A stretch of 64,000 nt of DNA, taken from assembly GCF_963921235.1 (NCBI RefSeq), contig NC_086097.1, forward strand, positions 121,150,001 to 121,214,000, given 5' to 3'. Positions 51,186 through 63,114 of the stretch are shown here, in pieces. Origin of the DNA: Mobula hypostoma. Lineage: Eukaryota. Numbering within the stretch: the first letter of the stretch is position 1; every line of letters begins with the position of its first letter. The notes below the pieces were generated by a model that saw nothing but the letters and a program-made list of their open reading frames with translations, ran no database searches and had not been told where the DNA came from. Made by a program: the position numbers and the translations under genes.

Positions 51186-52763
51186 TCTTTTAACTGCATG
51201 AATTGGCATCGAGTGGCCACTTTTCACACACAACTAAACCGTCTCAGAAGTTTTTCACATCGCTTTCATGATATTAAAAAAAACACCCTGTGGCTCCAAC
51301 ACTGTCTGCTTTTGTTTACTCTCATGAGAAAAATAAGTGAATGCTTGTAAGCAGCAAGTTCTGAAACCTTTTTTATAAATAGTTTAGAGATCAATCTTTG
51401 CTGTGAGATACGTGTACTCAGTATATTTCTCATAGCTAAAGAGCCACATTGTATTGACTCACACATAGGAACAGAAAGAAAGTTCACAAACACAGTAAGA
51501 TATAGGAGCAGAATTAGGCCATTTTGCCCCAACGAGTCTGCTCCTCCATTCCATCATGGCTGATTTATTATCCCTCTCAGCCCTATTCTCCTGTCTTCTC
51601 CCCGTAACCTTTGATACACTTACTAATCAAGAACCAATCAATCTTTGCTTTAAATATACCCAATCACTTGGCCTCCACAGTTGTCTGTGGTAATGAATTC
51701 CACAGACTCACCAATCTCTGGCTAAAGAAATTCCTTTTCATCTCTGTCCTAAAGGACAAAAGAGATTCTGCAGATGATGGAATTTTTGAGCAGTAATCAC
51801 AAATGTTGGAGGAACTCACCAAGTGAGGCAGCATCTATGGAGGTGAATAAATAGGTGAAATTTCAGTCTGAGACCCTTCATCAGAGGCATTCAAACAAGA
51901 TACTTCCAGTTTATTCAAAGTTTCTTCACCGATTGCCTTTGGAAATTTCTATTCACACTGCTGCAGCCCGGATAGCAGTTGGTTTCCTGACATGATCTTT
52001 AAAGGCGTCACCGCCCTGAAGCGATAGTTATTGTTTGTTACCAATATTACATACACCAGAGGACAGATTGTTACGAAAGAAAGTGCAAAGAAATGACATT
52101 TTGAAAATGAATGAGTCATTTATCCTGATTCTTCTCTCCATGCTGCTAAATCAATGACTTTCTCACGGTTACTTTCATTTCCCCAGGTCCCCAGTCATCG
52201 TGCATTCTATGACACTGGAACCTGACCCTGATCTATCAAAGACCGTGTGGAGGCTACGGATGCATCAGCCTCCCCACGTTAAGCAAAGTCGTGCACAGGC
52301 ATTCTTCATTAAGGGAATCGACCCTGACATTACGGATTAAGTCCAGTGGCGATCAGCAAGTGGAGAAAGCGGCAGGATTGTGAGGTCTGGAACCCTGGAT
52401 CCACAGCCGCCGGAGACCTACCAACAGAGAACCCCTGAGGGGAAACTCATATTCAACTCAAGTGATCACAGGAGTACTATTACTACTATTACTTTCACTT
52501 CTACATTCTCTCATCTTTATTTCAAACTCTTATGTAGAATGTTTTCAAGTAATTTTGGAGAGCTTGTATGTACAACACATTTTGACTCTTCCATTCCTGT
52601 CATATAGAATGGCTGCTGTTCAAAGTCAAAGTAAAATTTATTATCATCATACATGCAGTATATGTTACCATGAACTGCAATGAGATTCAGTTTCTTGCAG
52701 GCATTTATAGGAAAACAAAGAAATGCTAAAGAATTTATGAAAAAAAACTAACATAAGCAAAGA

Positions 52764-53120
52764 CTAACAAACAACTGAAGTGCGAAAGAAGATGCTGTAG
52801 TTAGATTTATAGTGACAGGTTTTTGGTCTTAGAGTAATCTCAATTTTCTCTGCATTCATGTTAGTTTCTACTGTCATCTTCACAACTTCTTTTATTTTCT
52901 TAGGCCTCGGTTTATTCACTTCAGGACTATGAATGATTCTAAGTTGGCTCTTATATACTAAATCTAACATCTGGCTTGGCATTCTACTATGTGCAAACAA
53001 GAAAATATTTGCCGTCATTTCTTGCCCCACTAGATCTTTGTACTTTGCCTGTGGGATATTGAAATCCCATATGACTATCAAAATATGTTCTGTAGTTTCA
53101 TACATGCCTGGACAGCACAC
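52764..53120 (-). pseudogene. Possible ancient LINE APE-endonuclease relic
   Basis: HILIVIWDFN resembles the (I/L)xGDFN motif, with LDLV downstream. Confidence 0.35.
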
Positions 53121-54054
53121 TGGCTGATCTGTTCATCTGGTGCTGGCAGTTAACTGAGTCTATTGTGTCACTTTATCATTAATAATGTCAAGCCAAATTG
53201 TTTTTGCTGTCTCATTTCCAGGCAATATTCCTTCTCTTTGAGTACTTGTTATATTATCCTTTCTCTATAAATCCAATCCTTCAGATAGTAAGACCATAAG
53301 GCCATGAGACATAGGAGCAGAATTGGGCCATTTGGCCCATCGAACCTGTTCTGCCATCCCATCACGGTTGATTATTATTTGTGTGGGTGGGTGGGAGGTA
53401 GGGAAAGGGCTTATTTTGCTGCTGTTGTATTTTTGCTTTTTATGTTCTGTTTTGTTGTGTCCTGTGTTGTTCTGCTGAGTAATGAGGGCATGCTATGTTG
53501 GTGCTAGGATGTGTGGGCAACACTTGCTGGCTTCCCCCAGCACAATCTTAGGAAAAATAAGCCCTTTCCCTACCTCCCACCCACCCATATACAGTCCTCC
53601 AATTCCAGGACAGGCCTCTTGACTCCAGGCTGCAGTCACCGGGCTTCAAATTCTGGACTCCTGATTGACCGGCTGGCTTCAATCTCCAGTATCAACCCCC
53701 AGACTAGCTGAAGATGGCTCCCTGACTTCCAGTCTCAAACACTAGGCACACCAACTCGCTGGCCGCATGTCTCCGGCTTGCATGGATATTTGACCCCTGG
53801 GCCTACCGACCTGGGACAGCCCAACATTCACAGATGTCCTTTGTCCTTTGTCACTCTCCACGTAGCTGGCACTTGAGCGTGGGGCGGAGGTCTGAACTCA
53901 GCCGTGTCACTTGACTTCAAATGTGGAGCTCAGAGCGGAGCCCTAGATTCTGGCCAGACTACTAACTCCCCAGTCGCCGTCCCTAAATCTTAATCTGACC
54001 ACTAACTCTCTAGCAACTGTCCATCAACCCTAACTTGACTACTAACCCTCTCTA

Positions 54055-54325
54055 GGACACTACAGTAGTGTAGCTTTTATCATGATGCTATTACAGCTCA
54101 AGGTGTTAGAGTTTGGAGTTCAATTCCAGTGCCATCTGTAAGGAGTCTGTAAGTTCTCCCCATGGGCTTCCTCAGGATGCTCCAGATTCTTCCCACTATC
54201 CAAAGATGTACTGGGTTAGGAAGTTAATTGGTCATTGTAAATTGTCCTGTGATTAGGCTAGGGCTAAATAGGTGGGTTGCCAGGCATTACGGCTCATTGG
54301 GCCAGACCTACATAAATAAAAATAT
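54055..54325 (+). mobile_element. tRNA-derived V-domain SINE
   Basis: GAGTTCAATTCC box B and V-domain similar to 18160-18375. Confidence 0.72.
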
Positions 54326-55526
54326 AAATGAAAACCATCCCTACAAACTTAACGAAACAACTAAATCTGAGCCACAATCTTGACACAGGCCGCAGCTCAC
54401 CTCCATCTGACCAGAAGAAAAGGGCACTTCCCTGTTATACTGTGTAACTGTAACTTGTCCAAGAACTTTTAGGTTTTAAATACTTGTCTTGGTAAGGAAA
54501 TGAAAGTACGAGCTGATATGGTTAGATGAAAGGCAATAGGCTGTTTGTTCACAACCAAAACAAACAATTATGAAATGAACATTGCATAGACCATAAAGGA
54601 AGTAAATTTTTAAGGGGAGATGTATTCAATGTCTAACAGGCTACTGAGAAAGAAATACATTGATTAATAAAGGAGGGAGAAAAGAAACTGATGGAACCTA
54701 AAACATTAAATCATAAACATGAAAAATTCTGCAGATGCTGAAAATCCACAGTAACACACACAAAATGCTGGAGAAACTCAGCAGGTCAGGCAGCATCTGC
54801 GGAGATGAATAAAGAGTCTACATTTCTAGCCAAGACTCTTATTCTGGACTTGAAAGGAAGTGAGAAGATGCCAGGACCATTAACAGTTGAAGCATTAATT
54901 CTGTTTCTCTTTTCACTGCATTATTGACCTGCTGAGGTTTCCCAGTATTGTGTATTTTTCATTATACAAAAGCTGTCACTTTCTTTTGAATGTCTTTGTT
55001 GCAAATGAAGAATCTCCAGCAAAGGCTTCTTATCCTGACAGAGATAAATCTGGAATTCTCTGAAGGTCTGCACAATATTGAGGGTCGACCTTTTACAACA
55101 GAAGTAACGAGAAATGTTTTCACCAGTGAGTAGTGAATCTGTGGAATGCTCTGCCACAGATAGCGGTGGAGGCTAAATCTGTGGCTATATTTAAGGCAGA
55201 AATTGATTGTTTCCTGATCGGTCAGGGCATCAAAGAATATGGCGAGAAAGCAGGTGTATGGGGTTGAGTGGGATCTGAGATCAGACTTGATGGAATGGCA
55301 GAGCAGATTTGATGGGCTGAATGGCCTACTGTTTCTTTGTCTTATTGATCTGATGATATGCTTGTCTTTATTAGTGAAGACATTGAGTTCAAAAGTCAGG
55401 AAGTTATGTTGCAGCTTTATTAAACTTCAGTTAGGCCACATCTGGATTTTTGAATACAGTTCTGGTCGCTCATTATGGAAAGGATGTCGAGGATTTAGAG
55501 AGGGTGCAAAAAAAGTTTACTAGATT

Positions 55527-55608
55527 GGTCTCGGCCTGAAACGTCGACTGCACCTCGTCCTAGAGATGCTGCCTGGCCTGCTGCGTTCACCAGCAACTTT
55601 TATGTGTG
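55527..55608 (+). mobile_element. ~80-bp Penelope 3'-terminal insertion inside a CR1 fragment (~55365-55710)
   Basis: Begins in hammerhead stem II (GGTCTCGGCCTGAAACGTCGACTG); TTACTAG at 55517-55523 and 55609-55615. Confidence 0.8.
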
Positions 55609-55711
55609 TTACTAGGATGCTTCCTGGATTAGAGGGCATGTACAAGCTGAACAGACTTGGGTTATTTCCTCTGAGGCAGTGGAGGCTGAGGGGAGATCTA
55701 ACAGAGGTTTA

Positions 55712-56271
55712 TACTCAGTGGCCACTTTACCAGGTACCCCCTGTGGCCACGATTGTATGTTCGTGGTAGCCCATCCAGTTCAAGGTTTGATGTGTTGTGC
55801 ATTCAGTGATGCTTGTCTACACACCACTGTTGAAAAGTATGGATATTTGTGTTACTTTCACTTTCCCGTCAGCTTGAACCAGTCTGCCCATTCTCCTCTG
55901 ACTTCTCTTCCTTACAAGGCATTTTAGTCCACTACTCCTTACTGGACATTTTTTTGCTTTTTGCACCATTCGCTGTAAACTCTAGAGAATGTTGGGTGCA
56001 AAAACCCCAGGAGACCAGTAGTTTTTGAGATATTCACACCACCCCATTTTGGTACTGACACGGTCAAAGTCACTTTCCTTTCCCATTCTGATGTTTGGTG
56101 TTTCTCATTGCCTTTCTTCCCCATTCTGATGTTTGGTCTGAACAGCAACTGAATCTCTTGACCATGTCTGCATGCTTTTATGCACTGAGTTGCTGCCACG
56201 TGATTGGCTGATTAGATATTTGCATTAAGGAGCAGGTGCACAGGTATACATAAAAAAGGGGCCACTGAATG
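55712..56271 (-). mobile_element. Tc1-type non-autonomous DNA transposon
   Basis: TIR CTCAGTGGCCACTTT / AAAGGGGCCACTGAA; reverse-complement similarity to 31436-32148. Confidence 0.8.
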
Positions 56272-56525
56272 TATGTTGTCAGCAGTTACAGCACATTCAA
56301 CTTCCAGTAGTGAATGACATCAAATCTCCTCCAATTAAACTTACACCTCTTCATCAGAGAAAGGAATGTCATGATTTCAGCCTTGTCTTTTTATTCTCTG
56401 TCTCGTTTGTGTCAGTGTGGCACTGGTGTAATAATGTATACAATTTGAAGATTTTTAAAGATAAAGGTTAGCTTTATTTGTCACATATACATCAAAACAT
56501 CAAACATACAAAGAAATATGTTGTT

Positions 56526-57180
56526 CGGAGGGAGGAGAAGATGGCGGTGTGACGCAGCACGCGCGGCCGTTCCGAATGAATATAGATTATGTGTAACTAG
56601 GGGCCGTGCACAATCCGGATTTGATGGAGACAGCCGTGAGATGCGTAGAGGAACATCTGGAGTAACTTCTGAAATGCCTGCTTCACTGCCGCTGCTACTG
56701 TGCAATCGAGAATCTCCTGAGACAAAGGCCCCAAATCCTCGGCTTTGCGTATCGCCTGTTGCTGGGGCTGGGGTCAAAGCGCTCGGCAGAGATGGTGCTC
56801 GGTGCTCGGTGTCGAATAGGTGGTCGGAGGCTAGGAGTTTTTCGGATGGACTCGGAGTCGGACTGTGGTCGGATGCTTCCAGGATGCTGCACCGCAAGTT
56901 GGTCGTGCTGGAGGTTTACCGTCTGCGTGAGATGATGGGACTTTCGAGAGACTTTGAGACTTTTACTGTGCCATGGTCTGTTCTTATCAAATTACGGTAT
57001 TGCTTTGCACTGTTGTAACTATATGTTATAATTATGTGGTTTTTGTTACTTTTTTAAGTCGGATTATCCTGTGTTTTCGTGATATCATTCTGGAAAAACA
57101 TTTTATAATTTCTTAATGCATGCATTACTAAATGACAATAGAAGGGGACTGTGTATCCTCATAATCATAATAATAATAAC
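56526..57180 (+). mobile_element. CpG-rich non-autonomous retroposon inserted in a minus-strand SINE tail
   Basis: Starts GGAGGGAGGAGAAGATGGCGG; T-rich 3' part; (ATAATC)/(TAA)n tail; SINE sequence resumes at ~57200-57440. Confidence 0.55.
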
Positions 57181-59050
57181 AGTGCCAATAACTAACACAT
57201 TCCAAAGGCGGCCCACAAGTGCTACCACACACCCAGTGCCAACCTTGCATACCCACAGCTCACTAACCCTAACTATAAGTCCTTTTGGAATATGGGAGCG
57301 AACTGGAGCATCCAGTGGAACCCCACACGGTCATGGGGAGAACGTGAAGACTCCTTACAGATGGTGGCAGGAATCAAAACCGGATTGGTAAGTGCTGTTG
57401 CTGGTACTGTAAAGTGTTATACCAACCACTACTCCACCAAAACTGAAAGTGTACAGTTGATGGCTGCTCTCCTTCTAGTCAGGTGCTTTAGAGACTTATA
57501 GTGTGTCTCTTCTTCCTGCTGTCATTGCGAAGGAGGTACGGGAGCCTTACGTCCTTCCCCACAAGGATAAGGAACAGTTACTGCCTATCAACCATCAGGC
57601 TCCTGAACTAGTGTGAGTAAACTAAACTCTGAACTGATACCCCAACCCATGGACAATATAACTCATATTCTCAGTATTATTTATCTGTGCATGTACAGTT
57701 TTTATTTGCTTACGATTTATTTGTTCGTTTGTTTAAATTTTTGCAGCTTCTCTTCTTCAGCACATTGATTGTCAGTCTTTGTGTGTAGTTTTTCATTGAC
57801 TCTTTTGTATTTCTTTGTTCTACTGTGAATGCCTGCAAGAAAATAAATCTCAAGGCGCTATATGGTGAAATGTCTGTACTTTAATAATAAATTTACTTTG
57901 AACTTTGAATTTTACATTAAGGTTCATTCTTCAGGATGTTTATTTGCTTTATTCAAGACTGTGCTTCTCTGAAAACCTAGCCCTGTTATTGATCAACTGA
58001 AAGTATTCTGCTAAATTGCCACAGCTAATCTTTCCCTGTTACATAATTTGCTATGGTAATAGGAAGCAATATTCCTTGTTTACCATATGCACTGTGCACC
58101 CCATTTGCCCTAATTTCTGTAAAACTTCAGAATCAGAATCAGAGTCAAGTTTAATATAATTTGCATATGTTGTGAAATTTGTTGTTTATGGCAGCAAAAC
58201 ATAAAATACAATAATAAGTATGGATCCTGGATAATTGGGCCATTGGTTACTCGGGCATCAGTTTATTTGGGACAACTCTTAAAGAACAAAAATTAATTGT
58301 GAAAATTGCCAGGATTCCCTTTGTTTATTTGGGACACTATGCCACTTAATTGGGACAGAAAACTGTTGCCAAACAGTTTCTAAGTAGTGTCATATGCGCG
58401 CATTTGTGTGGTCATTAGACACTACGGCCTGCTTAGAGCGAACATTTTCTAAATAGCATCAGTTACTGTGTTTGTGTTCAAAACGCAGTGATCAAGGACC
58501 ATCAGCCTCCGACAACAATCGTGCTAAGCTCCGAGTTGAAGTTGATGAACAACATTCTGGCGTATGAGGCATCATTTTCTAGGTGGTTCAGGATGGATTG
58601 GAGGGGCCAGGTCTATGGCATCATCAGTGGACTGGTTTGAGTGGTAGATAAACTGGAACAGGACCAATGTAGCTGGAAGATGGCATTTTATGATCCATGA
58701 CCAACTGCTCAAAGCACTTCATGATTGTCGAGGTCAGTGCCACTGGGCAGTAATCGTATAGGCCAGTTACCATCACTCTCACTGGAATACAGGGCTACCT
58801 AGAAGCCTGCAGGCACTGTGAACTGTTTCAGAGAGATATGCAAGTTATCTGTTAAGACTTTGAAAGCTGGGCTGCACAGTCCTTCAGTACCTGATGAGGT
58901 ATGTTGTCCAACCCTGTGGCTTTGCTTGGGTTTACTCTGGCTTGGTTGGGCTACATTCCTCAAAACCAGTTACATTCAATAAAACCAGTTATTATATCTT
59001 GAACCATCTAACTCCTGAACCAGTGGATAACTTCACTCACCTCAACTCTG

Positions 59051-59214
59051 TACAGTCGACATTTCGGGCTGAGACCCTTCGTCCTGACGAAGGGTCTCGG
59101 CCCGAAACGTCGACTGTACCTCTTCCTAGAGATGCTACCTGGCCTGCTGCATTCACCAGCAACTTTGATGTGTGTTGCTTGAATTTCTAGCATCTGCAGA
59201 ATTCCTCGTGTTTA
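59051..59214 (+). mobile_element. 164-bp hammerhead foldback mini-element
   Basis: 59051-59083 is the reverse complement (2 mismatches) of 59086-59118; perfect TSD CACCTCAACTCTG at 59038-59050 and 59215-59227. Confidence 0.9.
59081..59116 (+). ncRNA. Minimal type I hammerhead core
   Basis: GTC CTGACGA AGGGTCTCGGCCC GAAAC GTC GACTG. Confidence 0.8.
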
Positions 59215-59689
59215 CACCTCAACTCTGAACTGATTCCACAACCAATGAACTCATGTTCAAAGACTGTACAACTCATGTTCTCAGTATTATTTATTTACTT
59301 GTCACTACACAATAATTGAGGGACTTCCTCACCCAACAAGGTCCCTCCCTCTCCAGTAGCAGAAGAACCCTACATTGTGGTCCTCCCCCATCAAGGCCTT
59401 GCAGTGGCTGTACTGAGCTTCAGTGTGTCCATCAGCATGTACTCCTGCAGCCTGGAATGGGCCAGTGGCCAGCATACCTCCACGGGCATCTCAATATGCC
59501 GGCAGACCAGCAAATTTTGGGCAGACCAAAGAGCCTCTTCCATTTTGAGCTTGGCTTTATAGCCTCACACTTTGCTACAGCTCTTTGCCACAGGGAGGAG
59601 GGAACATCGACTCAGACCTTGAGAGGCCTGCGTTGGGCATTTTCATACCTTACAAGGTGCAGATTGGAAGTCTGTGTGGGGCGCCACTC

Positions 59690-59810
59690 CAGAACAATGT
59701 GTGGTTAAGTGCCTTGCTCAAGGACATAAAGATACTGCCACAGCTAAGGCTCGAACTAGTGACCTTCAGATCACCAGACGAACGCCTTAACCACTTGGCA
59801 ATGTGCCCAA
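59690..59810 (-). mobile_element. tRNA-derived SINE head
   Basis: Minus strand TGCCAAGTGGTTAAGGCG (box A), GTTCGAGCC (box B), GTCCTTGAGCAAGGCACTTAAC. Confidence 0.65.
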
Positions 59811-61180
59811 CACTTTGCTACAGACTGATTGTTTAAAATATCAAAATAAAATGTATTCATAATAAAAATATTATTTTCAAGATTAAAATATGCAATACCT
59901 TTTCATTCTTATATTCATAGTCAATGCTTTAAGTCATGTTCTATTTCATTCATTAAAAGGAATAGGACTTGCGCCACCCCTGTGGCCCCCTGGAGTGACA
60001 CCCTACTACAATAAATGAGGGGCATCCTCACCCAGCCCAGCCTTTCCCTCTCCAGTAGCAGAAGAACGTCCTTCCCCACCAGGTTCTTGCGGTGGCTACA
60101 TCAAGCCTTAGTGTATCCCTCAGCGTGTACAACATTCCTGCACAGTGTCTTTAAAAAAAAGATAACTCTCCTTTCTCCTTCTATGTTGTCAGACAACCGA
60201 TGTGCCATTTACTTCTTGCCCAATCTACGTTAGGATTTTTTTTTTGTGCACAGATGTATTATTCTGGCTCTGACAGCATTGCTTTCTCCTTCAAATCTCC
60301 AGAATATTATTTCTTTTTCAAAGAAGTTCATTAATTTGTTAGACTAGTTAAATAATTTACAACCTTAACAGTACGTGCCTAGTCTTCAAGCACAGCCAGC
60401 AGGAGCAGCCAAGCTACCTTTCAATTCAGCTTCTAGAGGGTGCATATGTTAATGCAGTGATATCAAAATGATGTTGTCCCTTGCTACTGTAGTGTGCTTT
60501 TTATGCACTGTTGTCAGTACACATAAAAGATTCTATATTAATGGTTGGAGAAAATACTGCTAAAATCACTTTTTGATGCTTCATAGCCGCAATCATCAAG
60601 TCCTTCAACGAATCCGGAGTAAAAATGGCTTCATCATCACCAATAAGCCTTCGGAATCTATCAAGACATAGCAAATATAGATCAAAGGCATTGATTTACC
60701 AGGCAGCACATTTACCATTTACATGTTGCTGCAAATGAATGTATCTGATTGTGAAGGATTAGTCTGTTTATGAAGTAGACACACCACATAATTCTGCTGT
60801 CCAATGTGTTCACAATATAAACACATCTACAGAAACAAAGTAGATAATATGATTTATACTTAAAATTACATTACAGACTCCTATCCATGAGAGTACCGAC
60901 TTCAAATTCTACTTGGATTGGATTATTTAATGGATGTATTATCTTGTTTTCTGCAGTCAAAGCTCTACAATCCAGTGTTTAACTTCAAATCTTATTCTAA
61001 AAATATATGGGAATGACAGTCTAGAATTCTTTCCCATCAGTTAATATTTTATACAGGCCTTACCCATTGCATGTAGGTTTACTGTTTTAATAATCAGTGA
61101 TCCAGTGAGTCTTCAAAACTTTAAACTGCATAAGAATTCTGACATAGAATAGTAAGTTTCTCCGCATCCATTCACATAGA

Positions 61181-62736
61181 GTGCTTAAGGAAGTAGCCCA
61201 AGAAATAGTGGATGCATTAGTGATAATTTTTCAAAACTCGTTAGATTCTGGACTAGTTCCTGAGGATTGGAGGGTGGCTAATGTAACCCCACTTTTTAAA
61301 AAAGGAGGGACAGAGAAACCGGGGAATTATAGACCGGTTAGCCTAACGTCGGTGGTGGGGAAACTGCTGGAGTCAGTTATCAAGGATGTGATAACAGCAC
61401 ATTTGGAAAGCGGTGAAATCATCGGACAAAGTCAGCATGGATTTGTGAAAAGAAAATCATGTCTGACGAATCTCATAGAATTTTTTGAGGATGTAACTAG
61501 TAGAGTGGATAGGGGAGAACCAGTGGATGTGGTATATTTGGATTTTCAAAAGGCTTTTGACAAGGTCCCACACAGGAGATTAGTGTGCAAACTTAAAGCA
61601 CACGGTATTGGGGGTAAGGTATTGGTGTGGGTGGAGAATTGGTTAGCAGACAGGAAGCAAAGAGTGGGAATAAACAGGACCTTTTCAGAATGGCAGGCGG
61701 TGACTAGTGGGGTACCGCAATGCTCAGTGCTGGGACCCCAGTTGTTTACAATATATATTAATGACTTGGATGAGGGAATTAAATGCAGCATCTCCAAGTT
61801 TGTGGATGACACGAAGCTGGGTGGCAGTGTTAGCAGTGAGGAGGATGTTAAGAGGATGCAGGGTGACTTGGATAGGTTGGGTGAGTGGGCAAACTCATGG
61901 CAGATGCAATTTAATGTGGATAAATGTGAAGTTATCCACTTTGGTGGCAAAAATAGGAAAACAGATTATTATCTGAATGGTGGCCGATTAGGAAAAGGGG
62001 AGGTGCAACGAGACCTGGGTGTCATTATACACCAGTCATTGAAAGTGGGCATGTAGGTACAGCAGGCGGTGAAAAAGGCGAATGGTATGCTGGCATTTAT
62101 AGCGAGAGGATTCGAGTACAGGAGCAGCGAGGTACTACTGCAGTTGTACAAGGCCTTGGTGAGACCACACCTGGAGTATTGTGTGCAGTTTTGGTCCCCT
62201 AATCTGAGGAAAGACATCTTTGCCATAGAGGGAGTACAAAGAAGGTTCACCAGATTGATTCCTGGGATGGCAGGACTTTCATATGAAGAAAGACTGGATG
62301 AACTGGGCTTGTACTCGTTGGAATTTAGAAGATTGAGGGGGGATCTGATTGAAACGTATAAGATCCTAAAGGGATTGGACAGGCTAGATGCAGGAAGATT
62401 GTTCCCGATGTTGGGGACGTCCAGAACGAGGGGTCACAGTTTGAGGATAGAGGGGAAGCCTTTTAGGACCGAGATTAGGAAAAACTTCTTCACACAGAGA
62501 GTGGTGAATCTGTGGAATTCTCTGCCACAGCAAACAGTTGAGGCCAGTTCATTGGCTATGTTTAAGAGGGAGTTAGATATGGCCCTTGTGGCTACAGGGG
62601 TCAGGGGGTACGGAGGGAAGGCTGGGGCGGTGTTCTGAGTTGGATGATCAGCCATGATCATAATAAATGGCGGTGCAGGCTCGAAGGGCCGAATGGCCTA
62701 CTCCTGCACCTATTTTCTATGTTTCTATGTTTCTAT
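61181..62736 (+). mobile_element. Young 5'-truncated CR1 LINE (RT with one premature stop at 62054-62056)
   Basis: ORFs 61181-62056 and 62069-62638 in the same frame; NYRPVSLTS, YLDFQKAFD, KFVDD; (TTTCTATG)n tail. Confidence 0.96.
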
Positions 62737-62849
62737 AACTTTTCCCCACTAACTGCTGCTTTCCCAAACTTCAAATACACTATTTATTCTTAGAATGGTC
62801 TACCATTTACAAACATTGCAACTTTTTGCATCTTAGAAATATATACTCA

Positions 62850-63110
62850 TTTGGTTACTGCCTATTATGCCACTGGCATTCAGGGCAGCAAGAAGGATCT
62901 CCATCTCTGTCTGTTCTTGGCTATCTTCTCTATTGTGTCCTCATGTGATTCAGGGTCCTCCTTTCTTCCTCTAAGGTATGGTGCCAAATTGTCTTTGTCT
63001 CCCAAATTTCCTCTGTCCTTCAGGGTCCAATGAAGAGCTGTCTTGATGATGAAGTTGGCCTCTCTTGTCATCATGTGCCCAACCCATCTCCAATGTTTCC
63101 TCATGATAAT
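62850..63110 (-). mobile_element. RTE-clade LINE 3' fragment
   Basis: WRWVGHMM..KTALHWT..AKNRQRWR, typical of an RTE C-terminus. Confidence 0.75.
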
Positions 63111-63114
63111 TATG

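Noticed and set aside
10081..59214. Recurrent GATGCTGCCTGGCCTGCTG motif as a CRISPR-like array
   Set aside because: Copies are dispersed on both strands with no regular spacers; it is the PLE 3' terminus.
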